Positions 52,442-64,000 of a stretch of 64,000 bases of DNA are shown here, piece after piece. Where the stretch lies: NCBI GenBank assembly GCA_051294375.1, contig CM119269.1, positions 4,357,401-4,421,400 of the forward strand, read 5' to 3'. Each line of letters begins with the position of its first letter. Position 1 is the stretch's first letter. A program made the position numbers and the translations under genes. The notes beneath the pieces are model-generated. The model did no database searches and was not told where the DNA came from. It saw nothing but the letters and a program-made list of their open reading frames with translations. The DNA is from Paraspadella gotoi. Taxonomy: Eukaryota > Animalia > Chaetognatha.

Positions 52442-53664
52442 TAGGTTAAAATACTAATGGATTAAGGTTTAGCTTGGCATGAAAAAAGGTTAGGGTTTCA
52501 GGGCTAAAAAAATGGTCCCTCGTCTGTAACTGAAAAAGTACCAGATTGTACATAAGATAATTCTATAGGGTTAGGGTTTTTATTGGGGTATTTCAGGTTG
52601 TGATATGGCGAAGTCTTATTATCCCACACTTTATTCTCTTGGCAGTCCTTTTCAAACCCTAACTTGGGCCAATGCTTTTTTCTTCAACTTAGTTTCCCAC
52701 CTAATATAAAAAGATTGATCCTATGGATGCCTGAGATGGTTATTCCTTTCAGGCCAGGTAAGTATCAGAGTGAAAACGAAAAGTAAATAATAATGATAAG
52801 TATAATATAGTATATTTTTGAATCTAAGTTTAAAAGTTAAAAAATAAAAGTATAATAAATAAAATATTTAGTTTTTTATCTTTTAAAAATATCTTTCAAC
52901 CATATCTAAACAAAAAAATTATACCCCTAAAAGTTATAATATAAAAAATTATAAGCAATTAATTGTTATTTTATTAGTATTATTATTATTATTATAATAT
53001 AATTAATTATATATTATATTATTATATATTATTCAAAAAATCCCATCCACTTATATGAAAGAGCTTCTCGTTAATCAGTCTGTTGCAAGAATGGGTTGCC
53101 CTGTATTAACGTTATAGACCGATTACCAGGACATAGTTGTAAGAGATAAATTGTACTTCATAAATAGTATTTTAATAAATTATAATTTAGATTTTAAAAA
53201 AAGAATTATTATTATTTACTAATCTGAGTATAATAATATATGATATTAAATAAATTATAAAATCTATATATGTTTTTTTAAATATTTTTTTAATTTAAAT
53301 AATATAATCTATTTAATTTTTTATGGAGCTGCGGAGCTCGGGCATTTTTTATTTCGGCTCCGGCCTCCAAGGCTCCGGTCCCGGGCAAAAATTTTTTTCC
53401 GCTCCGGCTCCAGCTCCGGCTCCGGCCAGATAAAAATTCTGGCTCCGGCTCCCTGTCCGGTCTCCGGCATAAATAAAAGCCCGAAGTCTCCGGCGTCTCT
53501 CCTCATTACCGGGCTCCAAGGCGCTCGGCTCCACATCCCTACAGGAATATAATACTCATTTTTAGTCAATGGCCAACCGTTGTAACGTTAGTCGAATGAG
53601 CCTGCTCATAATCTTATAATATACTATATCTCTCCTTTTNNNNNNNNNNNNNNNNNNNNNNNNN

Positions 53665-54700
53665 CCGTCTTTTAGTTTCAGAGGTCCTTGGGGTTTTGCT
53701 CTCTAATTCAAGTTACTTTTATTTTGCTTCGAAGCTAAATAAGAGTATTTTTTTTTATTTTATTTTTAATTTCTATAAAAGTAACGTAACGTAACGTAAC
53801 GTAACTTTTCTCAAAAACCTAGTTTTTGGTTTCTTGCTCCGTCCTTATTCATAACATTGATACGTTTAAAAAGTTTTTTAATTACTATAAGAAGAGATGT
53901 ATTTCATCATCCTCGATAAATGCTTAACCGATAAATGTTTACTCGCATGATCTGGCATTGTCTGATCAAACTTTTCGACTTCTTGTACAACTTCTTGCCA
54001 GGAGAAGAAGGAGAAGAAGGAGAAGGCCATAAAAGTTGCAAGTGCGCGGAACGAGTCTCATTTTTCAAAAGTCGAAGAGAGAATAGAGAGCGAGACGCCG
54101 AGACGGCGACGGAGCCACGTTTTCCACGAACGTGACGGCACATCGCGTCTGAAGACGATTCGCATATCGTGTTCCCGGATTTTATCTGAAGACTTTGCGT
54201 CCCCTCTTTTTTTCACACTTCGCTCACCCACCCCCTCCCACTAAAAAAAAAGATTCTTTTGCTTTGCGTCTTTAGTTTAAATCCTTTCCCGCGTGATTTC
54301 CTTCTCAGATTCGCTTTTTTTTTTCCTTTCACTTATTTTTTCGGTTCAGCTTGCTTTTTTAGCCGGAATTACAGATTCCGGCTGTATAATCCACTTTTTT
54401 GATCCGTCGCTCTCACCCCAAAATCTTCTAGGAATATCGCTTAGATCATCTCAGATAATACATAATAAATTATGCACAAAAAAAATAATGTCCGTCTTTC
54501 TGTCTGTCTGTCTTACTTTGGACGCAAATTATTCATGAGTGGAACGGGCGATTGACTTCAAAATTTTTTTATGCGTAAAAAAGTGTGTGATTTAGCTAGA
54601 AATTAAGTTTCGTTGGAATCATCAGGGTGGAAAAGATTTGAAATGGGGAAAAAAGTGCCAATATAGATTTTTTTTTCTGTTGATACGGAGGCAATTAAGG
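53665..54700 (-). repeat. Block-permuted inverted copy of ~45497-46590
   Basis: 53665-53844 = rc(45497-45707); 53845-53999 = rc(45707-45862); ~54010-54700 = rc(45882-46590). Confidence 0.85.
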
Positions 54701-54711
54701 TTTAAAAAACT

Positions 54712-57700
54712 ATGGAAAAGTCCAATGGTTGATGCATCGAATGGCAGTTAGGTCCAGATCTGGGTTGAGCCACAAGTAGATTTACTGTGAGGCCAGGGCC
54801 CTAGGTTAGGATTAGTGGGAAAGAGACTGGAGTTTGAACAAGAGCCCGTTGTAAGGAGTGGTAGGGTTAGGAAGCCCACAGAAGGTAAAGTGAGCAGGAA
54901 TGATGAAATGTATGGAGGAGGCCTAGTTAGGTTGGAGAAACAAAAAGCATCAGGAAGATGTACGGGAGACTTGGGCCTTTAGGGTTTAGTTTTAAGGAGA
55001 AAGAGCCCCACAGGTGAATGTACTTCCTTCCCCATGTCTCAATCTTCAGCCACAAGATTTTCTCTTTAACTTGCGCCAGTATCGTTCCTTGTGATTATAT
55101 GTCATAATATGTATTATTACGCCATGGCGAGGTCAACCAGTGGATAGCGGTATTGGTGACACAACCAGGCATTTGCTTGATAATTGCCATAGGAAGCTCC
55201 GCAACGCAACGTAGCCCAACAACAATTGTGACTCATGGCTGTGAATGCGGCCCCGGGGCAACATTGATATTTGAATTTAAACCTACAACCTAGAGTTGGG
55301 TTTGAAGTCAGAAATAACAAAAAGCCTGGAAATTACAAGTCGACACACAACCGGCCCGCCGGAAAAAAAAATTGTCTATTTGCAATTGTGAGAGAATATT
55401 TTTAATCTAAAAGATTTTTTCTTAGTAAAAACCTAAATCATTTATATATCCTATTGGGACTAAAATCCCACCAACCGATTCATCAGCGGCCCATTGGGTG
55501 CCGGAGCAAGTCATTCGCCGTCAACCCAAACGTCCTTGGGTTCTAGCCAACGGTGTTTTCCGTCTGGCAGGTTAAGAGGAGCGGTGGCGCTTAACCCGCC
55601 TGTACTCGGTCCTGTTACCAGCCTGAATCCGAAGCTAGGGAACTGGCATATATTGAACGGTTCATGTCACACTTAACTCATAACAAGTTAATTGTACTGT
55701 TCTCTTCATGGTGAGCCCACCGACTTTCCCGAACACAACACCAACAACACTTTCAGGCGACAATGCCTCTAACCTGGCCGATGCACTTTTCGACCACAAA
55801 ACACATCAGGCGACACCTGCCTCAAACTTGGTAAGACGAACTTTCAACCAACAAACAACAATTCACTGAAGTGACGCCACAGACTTCTCCCTACGGGAGG
55901 GGGGGAATGATAAATGTGGACTAAAATCACCAACCGTTCATTCAGCGGCCATTGTGCCGGAGGCAAGTCAATTCGCCTCGCTCAACCCAAAAGGTCCGGG
56001 GGTTCTAGCCCGGTGGTCGTCTCGGCAGTTTAAAGGACGGCGGGCGCTTAACCCGCCTGGTAACTCGTTTTGTTCAGCCTGAATCCGAAGCTCAGACGTG
56101 CTTATATTGAATCGGTTCTGTCACTAACTCATAACAATTAATTAACTGTCTCTTCAATCCAAATTTTATTTGATTGGTTTATGATTTGACTAGCAATAAC
56201 CAGGAAAAAGTTGCTTTAAAAATGTGTCTTTCGATTTTAAAACAAAATTTATTTAATTTTTTTGTCTAACCTTTATATAACATTTTTTAAAAACTTTACA
56301 TTCTTTATTGTTTTTTGAAATATTTAAAGATAAAACGAAAATTCTTTATTTGACAACAATATTTTTGTTTTTATTTAAATTGGATATGTGTTTTGACTCG
56401 GTAATAACTTTGAGTCTTCATCAGCATTTAAAACCTTTACAAACTCAATGATTTTAAAAACTGTGAAACGTTTTGGAATTTAAAATGGCTGATGAAGACT
56501 ATGAAGTCCTAAGAGTGGAAACTGTCCGTTTAAATAAAAACAAATCATTGTTATCAAATGAACAAATTTTTGTCTTCTCCTCCAATAAGAACTTTTATAT
56601 ATAAAAAGTGGTCTATCCCATATTACATATCTTCTGAAAGCTCTTTAAAAATCTTTTAAAATAAATATAAGAAATTGAAACATAAAAATAAGCCATAACC
56701 AGCTTTGTATTAATTAATGATAATCCAAAAATTGAAAATAATAAAATCCTAAAATAATTTTTAAATAACTGACCTATTTTACTATAGATCTTAACCAATT
56801 ATTGTTTATATATAGTACTCTATAAAGAAATCTTAAGAAAACTAATATTTAAAATATGAATCTAATCAAATTATTTAATCCATTATGTCAAACTGCTCTT
56901 TCTAAAAATTTTAATTAATTAATTATCCTTAAGCATAGGGATTAGGCTAATTTATAATATGGATATAGTATTTTTAATTATGTCAATCTCTTTATATTTT
57001 CAGGAGAAGCTTTCAGAATGATTAATATTGATAACCTTTTTAATATAATAAGTTGTAAAAAAATACGTTTAAAAAGTTTAAAATAAACAAATTGAAAAAA
57101 AATGGAGTTAAAATGAACACAATTTTAAGACAACTTTTCTCTGCTTGCTCAGTACCAAGTTCAAATCAAAACCAATCATATAAAATTTTGAGATTAAATT
57201 AACTGATTTAGGAAGTTTTAATTACAGAAAAAAATGTATTCAAATGAAAAAAATTTTTACAAATTTGCAAATGACAATTTTTTTAACGGCGAATCTGTCC
57301 CTGAGTGTCACCTTGTAGGTGTAAAATACTAATGGATTAAGGTTTAGGCTTGGCATTGAATAAAAGGTTAGGGGTTAGGGCCTAAAAAAATGGCCTCTCT
57401 GTAACTGAAAAATGTACAGATTGTACATAAGATAATTTTATTAGGGTTAGGTTTTTATTGGGGTATTTCAGGTTGTGAATGGCGAAGCTTATTTATCCCC
57501 ACATTATTCCTTGGCCAGTCCTTTTCAAACCTAACTTGGCCAATGCTTTTTGTCTTCAACTTAGTCCAACCTTAAATATAAAAAGATTGACTATGGATGC
57601 CCTGAGTTGGTTATCCTTTCAGGCAGTAAAGTATCAGATGAAACGAAGTAAACTAATATGTAAGTATAATCTATAGTATATTTTTGAATTAATTATAAAA

Positions 57701-58450
57701 AAGTTAAAAAATAAAAAGTACTTATAGAATAAAATAATTTAGTTTTTTATCTTTTAAAAATATCGTTTCAACCATATCTAACAAAAATTATTACCCTAAA
57801 AGTATATAATATAAAAAATTAGTAAGCAATTAATGTTAATTGTTATTTATTATTATATTATTATATATATTATTATATATTTATTATTATTATTATTCCA
57901 AAATCCCATATTATGTGAAAGAGCTTTGTTAATCAGTCTGTATGCAAAATGGGTTGCTGTATTAAGTATAGACCATACAGGACATATTAAGAGGATAAAT
58001 TTTACTTCATAAAATAAGTATTTATAATAAATTATAATTAGAAATTTAAAAAAAAGAATTATTATTATTTACTAATCTGATGTATAATAAATATATGATA
58101 TTAAATAAATTAATAAAAATCTATATATGTTTTTTAAATATTTTTTTTAATTTAAATAATATAATTCTTATTTAATTTTTATGGGAGCTGGAGCCGGGCA
58201 TTTTTTATTTCGGCTCGCTCCAAGGCTCCGGCTCCGGTCAAAAATTTTTTTCCGAGGCTCCGGCTCCAGCTCCGTGCTCCGGCCAGATTAAAAATTCTGG
58301 GCTCCGGCTCCGGCTCCGGCTCCGGCAAAAAAAAGCTCTGCTCCGGCGGCTCCTAGCTCCGCTCCGGCTCCGCCTCACATTCCCTGACAGAATATAAATT
58401 ACTATTTTTAGTCGAAGGAAAGTCTCGTGAACGTAGTCTGAATGAGCCCT
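54712..58450 (+). repeat. Direct noisy copy of ~49842-53600 (includes second TRIM copy 55452-56156 and the hAT-like right end at 58386)
   Basis: Collinear match with frequent 1-bp indels, lying between two 25-N gaps. Confidence 0.9.
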
Positions 58451-58869
58451 GTATTAATAACTATAAAACTATAATAAACTATTACTTCGGAAAAGGTTAA
58501 TGGCTATGGCTAATGGCTAATGGCTAATGGCTAATAATGCTCGATATGTTTTTCATAGCAAATGTTTCCGGAAAATACGGTTTTTCAGGACGTGGGCAGT
58601 CTTTTAAAAAAAAATNNNNNNNNNNNNNNNNNNNNNNNNNTTGGTAGGTAGTGATAATTACACGTACTTACTATGTACCTCTTATGTACACAGAAAATGA
58701 ACAAAATATGTAAAACAGGTGGAAATATACAGTACAACATCCGAGGGCCATTTTATCCTTAAAAATCAAACGATAAATTAACCGTTAATTAATGTAATGT
58801 TCTTTTCTTTCCTTTTTAATATTTTATACATTCATAATATTTTTAGTAGATTTCATGTTGCAAACTTAC

Positions 58870-59410
58870 CTCTCGCTAATAATTTATCACCTTAACGGTT
58901 TTCTCAAAGTCGTTTCCCGGTACCAGACGTTTCCTCCCTTCTTTCCTCCTTGTCGTCTTCCTTTCCTTCCTTCCTTCTTTCCTCCGTTCCTTCCTCCTTT
59001 TCTTCCTCCCTTCCTTTCCTCCTTTCCTCTTTCTCCATCAATCGACGTGTCGATGTCGGCCATGAAGGCGGCGATGATGTAGTCGCCGCCCGATCCACCG
59101 TCGATTCCATCGTCGATTCCATCGTCGATTCCATCGTCGATTCCACCGTCGATTCCATCGTCGATTCCATCGTCCTCCGATTCCGCGTCGTTTCTCCCGA
59201 AGCTTTCGACGCCGAAGGTGAGGAATCCGTTCGTGTGGACGAAGACCTGAGAAGAAGCCTCGATGGTCACCGGTTGGAAATGGTAGAGAGGGTAACGAAT
59301 GCTCCTTCGAAAAACGGGAAAAAGTTTTTTTTTTTTTGGGGGGGGGGTTAAAATCTGGGCGCCGTCGTCGACGCCAGCGACGCAGGCGGTCGGAAAAGAG
59401 GAGGTGTCAA
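58870..59410 (-). CDS. NIDO-domain protein exon (nidogen/tectorin/SNED1-like extracellular domain)
   Basis: cttcAG| ...VDDGAQIL...YPLY...VFVHTNGFLTFG...IIAAFMADIDT...GNVWYRETT matches the NIDO motifs DDG, VxTNGxxxF, IAxFxADxD, GxVxYR. A 1-nt indel near 58890 would give ...DKLLAR-G|GTAAGT. Confidence 0.85.
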
Positions 59411-61762
59411 CTGAAGCGAGGAAGTTAGGAAAGAAAAATGAGAAAAAGGTTAGAAATAAAGAAGAGAGAAAAATAAGAAATAAAATATTGAAAAGGTGAA
59501 GGAGCAGAAGAGGAAAGAATTTGCTTTGAAAAGAAAAAAAAATCTATGAGTAAATTAAACTCCTTTAACCAAATTTGATTCGTGGATTTATACTCTATTC
59601 AATTATTGAACAAATCACATTCGGAAACATGTCTTTAAACCAATATTAATAACATAATTCTCTGCGAGAGGATTAACGGTCTTATCTATAATCTTGTGAG
59701 GCAAACACAAACATACAGTCCTGTGGCAAAAAAAGTCGCGCCACTTTAATTTCAGACTTTAAAATCTCATAAATTTTATTAAAAATTAGGACCATCCGTT
59801 TACGGAGGCAATGATTTTTAAAATTAAGTCCTCTTCCATATCAAAAAGAAATATTGATACGATTTGAAGATTAAACTTTTTGTATTCGTGGTATTTTACA
59901 CACAATACTCATTAAGGTAGATTTGAAATGAAAAAATTCATCTCTGACATTCAGCAAGATAGCTGGATCATAGCTAGTAGATGATAGCCCTATATAATCT
60001 TAGGGTTAATTGAAATATACGAATGAAAAACAGAGATTCAAGTGTAACGATTCTGAGCTTTTACACGGATTTCAAATGGAAGTGAATAAATGATCAATAC
60101 TGTGGACTAAAATTATCTGATATACGCGACTTCAGATTTTGTACCTTGATTAAAAAATTGCCCAGCACATTTTGTTTATTTTCATCAATCTCGCGAGTAG
60201 TCCCAGCTTGCTTATTTCTTAGCTACTGTATGTGCTCATCATGGCATGGACGAATTTCAAATAATTTATTTTATGATTTGTCAAGATAGAACGCTTCCTT
60301 GTTATACGCAGAGAGATATATTTCTGATAAGAAAGAGAGAATGAAATAGTGTTTTAAAAATTTTGGTTTATCTTTGTACATATATAGATATAAAGATATT
60401 GAAATATATGTTCTGGACGTGCATCACTTAAGAAATCGTATCCATATAAATCTTTGTCAATACCCGAGCACTAAAAATAGCACTTTCCATTTGATTTCCC
60501 ACTTGAACCGAATTTATAATAAAATTTAGACGTTATTGATTTTTTTTTTATTTTTAATTTTTTTATGAAATTGGTACATTAACCAATATAAAGCGAATTA
60601 ATCCATTCATTGTCAATAAATCAGCTATCTGTCCTGACTTTGGACAGGCTTTAATATAATTTTTTAAAACTGTTTTATAAGAACAGGTCTGGTTATATAC
60701 GAAGTGGCTCTTTGATTTTTTGCACAGGTCGTAAACAGGTGTTTCAGTAAGCCGATCAAGAACATTTGCAGATGTGAAAATGCAGGAGCCGGGAGCTGAA
60801 TTAACAAATGCGAATAATAGGGCCTTTTTGTTCTCAACCAGAATAGTGCCCGCGACTCCAACAAACATAATAAACGTGAATTTCCTTGCTTTAGATTTGA
60901 GAACGTGGTTCTCTAGGCTGAGGCAAGCGGTCAAGAATCAGAACGCGTCTTTTTCGAAATTAATTCTCTCTGCTCTCGTCTCCTGCGGATGTCCTCCTCT
61001 CAACCGATCCAGTATTCGGTCATCCTCTCTCGTCTCTAAGGTATCCTGCTCTGCTCTCGTCTTCGTCTATACATATGTTTAGCGTCTCTGCGGCTCTTCT
61101 CTGACGGTGGCATTGTCGGTCCTCTCCTCTCGATCCTCTCCTCTCTTTCTATTCTCAATATAACCGGGCGCAAAGAAATCCGACACATAGCTGAACGGCG
61201 AGTAGTGTGTGATCTTTTTGGGGAGAGATTTTCTGTTCAAGTGGTTTGACCATGCCATCCGCGTTCGAGGATTCGTCACCTTCGAAATGATTAATACCTT
61301 TTTTACAATATTTCTAAATTCGTCTTGTGGGCGTTGAGACTGGCTTCTTTTTAAATTGTCTTCTTGTTTATGTTTCCATCCTTCCTCTCGTTAATAATTT
61401 TCGTCTTTGTTGTTTTTTGTTTGTTTTTTGTTTTTTGTTTCTTTCTTCTTTCTTCTTTCTTTCTTTTCTTTCTTTCTTCTTCTTTCTTTCTTTCTTTTCT
61501 CTTTTCTTTCTTTCTTTCTTTCTCTCTCTCCCTTTCTCTTCTGCTCTCTCTTCTCCTCTCTCTCTCCTGCTCCTCGGTCTCCTCCCTTCGTCTCGTGCTC
61601 CGTCCGTATTTCTTCCTCCTCTCTCCTCTCTCTCCTCTCACTTCTTCTCTGGTACTTTTTCATGACCTTCCCCCTCCTTATTTCTTCTTCCGAAAGACGG
61701 ACAATCGACTCTCTTTTCTCGTCTGTGACAAAGACGATTTGGGAATGTGTTTTTTGTTTCAA

Positions 61763-61928
61763 GGTTCGATTTCTCCGACCGTCAACACCGAGGCTGCTCT
61801 TGTTCGCCGCCACGGTTTGACGCGGCTCTCCCATCGCTGCCCCACGTCACTGACTACGGAGGTGTGTCTCGCGCGGAAATTGCGCAATCGCGAAGTGACG
61901 TTTCACGTCACGACCGAACGCCCGCCAG
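61763..61928 (+). CDS. Possible exon, product unknown (noisy; duplicated at ~62962-63127)
   Basis: tgtttcaAG| ...AALVRR...RKLRN...TFHV... |GTGAG (GTAAG in the second copy). Frames disagree between the two error-rich copies. Confidence 0.35.
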
Positions 61929-62166
61929 GTGAGACCTTGCGAATTTAAAATGGGGAGCCGAGAGATTCCCCGGAATCTCACTGCGAAAAGGTGAAGAAAG
62001 ACCTGAATAATTACGATTAATACACGACATTTAAATTTAATTATTGTTTGTCAGTTCTGTTAGTGGCCACTTCAGTAACCGTCCAAAACACATCTCTAAC
62101 TGTAACGCGTAACTCGGTCATCAAGTACAGTAGAATACAAATCCGATCGATGCACGGAAGTGTGGG

Positions 62167-62514
62167 TTTCATCTTGACGCGCGAGTACGTCGTGATACAA
62201 CCTACGTCGGTCCGTTCGGCTCTGTAGTCGGTCCGGTAAGTCTGTCCTTTGGTCTGTCCCACTTACCGTTAAAAATGCTAATAATTTGCCTACGTTGATG
62301 ATTGCTCAATTGTTTGCTTGACAGCACCAGAAATACCAAACTCAAAAACACCGTAACAAAAATCTATAGTGGTTACTTGCTCTACGCTGCAATGTCATCG
62401 TCCATGTGGCGTCATGTCATATAATGGTCCATATCATGTGTACAAGGAACTCTGCGTGAATAAGGCATAGTGCCACTGCGGCGCAACACCATTTTGAATC
62501 TACCGATGCTTGTT
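62167..62514 (+). mobile_element. HINE family 1 copy (noisy; partial duplicate at ~63365-63520)
   Basis: GCGAGTAC hairpin, GTCGGTC repeats, CCCACTTAC, and the GCGGCGCAAC...CTTGTT end. Confidence 0.65.
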
Positions 62515-62585
62515 TTAAAATCGATAGTGAATTTCGTTTCAAACTTATTGTTTGGTAGGNNNNNNNNNNNNNNNNNNNNNNNNNC

Positions 62586-62738
62586 TCGTTTAATATTTTC
62601 GCTCTTTGTTGTTTGTTTGTTTTGTTTTTTGTTTTTTGTTTCTTTCTTTCTTTCTTCTTCTTTTCTCTTTCTTTTCTTTCTTCTTTTCTTTTCTTTCTTT
62701 CTTTCTCTTTTCTTTTTCTTTCTTTCTTTCTTCTCCTT

Positions 62739-62770
<32 letters not shown>

Positions 62771-63520
62771 CTGTCCTCTTGCTTCCCGTGGTATCTCCCT
62801 CCGTCTCTCTGTGGCTCTCGTCCTCTCTTCTTCTCTCTGGCATCTTTCTTCACTACCTTCCCCCCCTTCACTCTCTCTTCCCTGTAATGCAGGACAGATC
62901 GACATCCTCTCTTTCTCGTCTGTGACAAAGTACGACTTTTGGAAATGTGTTTTGTTTCAAGGTTCGATTTCTCCGACGGCACACCGATGGCTGCTCTTGT
63001 TCGCCGTCCCACGGTTCTGACCGCGCTCTCCCTCGACGTCATCTCGACTAAGGAGGTAGTCGTCTGCGAGCGGAAATTGCGCAACGGGAAGTTGACGTTT
63101 CACGTCCACGACCGAACCCCGCCAGGGGTAAGCCCGAATTTAAAATGGGGGCCGAGAGATTCCCCGAATCTCAGCTGCGAAAGAGGTGAAGAAAAGACCT
63201 GAATGAATTGACCGATTAAAAACGACATTTAAATTTAATTATCTGTTTGTCAGCTCTGTTAGATGGCCACATTCAGTACACGTCCAAAAACCATCTCGTA
63301 ACTGTAAGTAACTCGTCATCAAGTTACAGTAGAAATAAAATACCTCATCGATGACGGAATTGTGGTTTCATATTGCGCCTGCGAGTACTCGTGGATACAA
63401 CTCGTCAAGTCCGGTCGTTCGGCTCTGTAGTCGGTCGGTAAGTCTGTCCCTTTGGTCTGTCCCACTTACGTTAAAAATGCTTAATAATTTGCCCTACCTT
63501 GTGATTGGCGCATTTGTTAA
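62586..63520 (+). repeat. Direct noisy copy of ~61387-62310 across a 25-N gap
   Basis: Collinear match starting CTCGTT(T)AATA. Confidence 0.9.
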
Positions 63521-63522
63521 GA

Positions 63523-64000
63523 CTAGATAAACCCTAAACGCGCGTATGAAAAATGTCTAGGTACTGGCTCACGCGATTTGTCTCCTTGCTGGCCGGCATC
63601 TTCATATAAGTTCATAGCTGTTACGCGAGGAGGGAGAGAAATACTGAGCGCAATCAATTGTACGTGAGAGGTCAGATACGCACCTGAGCCGCCGGACGAC
63701 TCGGACCTCAGAAAAATTGAATTACCCATCGGGCTGCCTTGACTTTAAAAACTTGAAGAACATGGAAGCTGTGACGTTTGTGAAGTCTCGTGAAAAGTCT
63801 TTCCTCCCATTCCTCAACTGGACTTCGTTTTCTCGAGTGACGGTTTGTCGGGTCGTTGTAAGGAGTTGACGTGAATCGTGTGATTCGATTAAGAAGATAT
63901 ATGGGGAGACTGTCAGAAAGCCGGAGTAGACCGCTCGAAGAGATGACATGAGCGCGAACGACGCACGCGACGACGACGACTGAGTTCCGACTCGACATCG
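63523..64000 (-). CDS. Frameshifted FERM-domain-like exon
   Basis: Stitching three frames gives SLPIYLLNRI...EEWEERLF..LHK / SMFFKFLK / GNSIFL...VQLIALS...RHFSYARL, resembling FERM B/C-lobe motifs (YLP.R, WE.RI...H, FLK, G..F, F.W). By-eye match in error-rich sequence. Confidence 0.4.

Larger units (their letters stand above)
48863..53540. mobile_element. hAT-like non-autonomous composite element, ~4.7 kb
   Basis: Ends CAGGGATGTTGGAAGCC ... GGCTCCACATCCCT(G); GGCTCC subterminal repeats at both ends; flanking duplication ACAGGAATA (48854-48862 and 53541-53549; ACAGAATA after the duplicate end at 58386). Confidence 0.75.

Noticed and set aside
25141-58450. Ciliate-like programmed genome scrambling as a firm call
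   Set aside because: Indel-type noise, 25-N gaps and microsatellite junctions fit assembly or read chimerism, and there are no consistent pointer repeats. Kept only as a testable alternative.

Overview
AT-rich, microsatellite-dense, intron-containing eukaryotic DNA, almost certainly a draft animal genome (GT-AG exons, a peptide GPCR, a NIDO domain, TTAGGG-like tracts). Nearly all ORFs in the supplied track are simple-repeat artefacts. Well-supported coding sequence: four phase-compatible exons of a class A neuropeptide-type GPCR (TM1 to the start of TM4, 5714-13312), with a TM4/TM5 exon lying out of order upstream (4505-4705), and a NIDO-domain exon (58870-59410, minus). Weaker candidates: two signal-peptide first exons and a frameshifted FERM-like exon. 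From about 25 kb onward, large blocks are present twice, inverted or permuted, indel-rich and near five 25-N gaps. This is most simply explained by unpolished long-read gap filling or chimeric reads, but it also exposes allelic differences. The best findings are mobile elements: (i) a 708-bp miniature LTR element (TRIM) with tRNA-like sequence in both LTRs, a PBS, a PPT and a 4-bp TSD, nested in a Tc1/mariner-like element that is itself nested in a hAT-like element; (ii) a 1.4-kb non-autonomous element with CACTAT(G) ends and a 5-bp TSD (Transib/RAG-like), seen both filled (twice) and as a precise empty site; (iii) two Helentron-type (HINE) families. No clearly new biological system is proven. 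All similarity calls were made by eye, without database searches.
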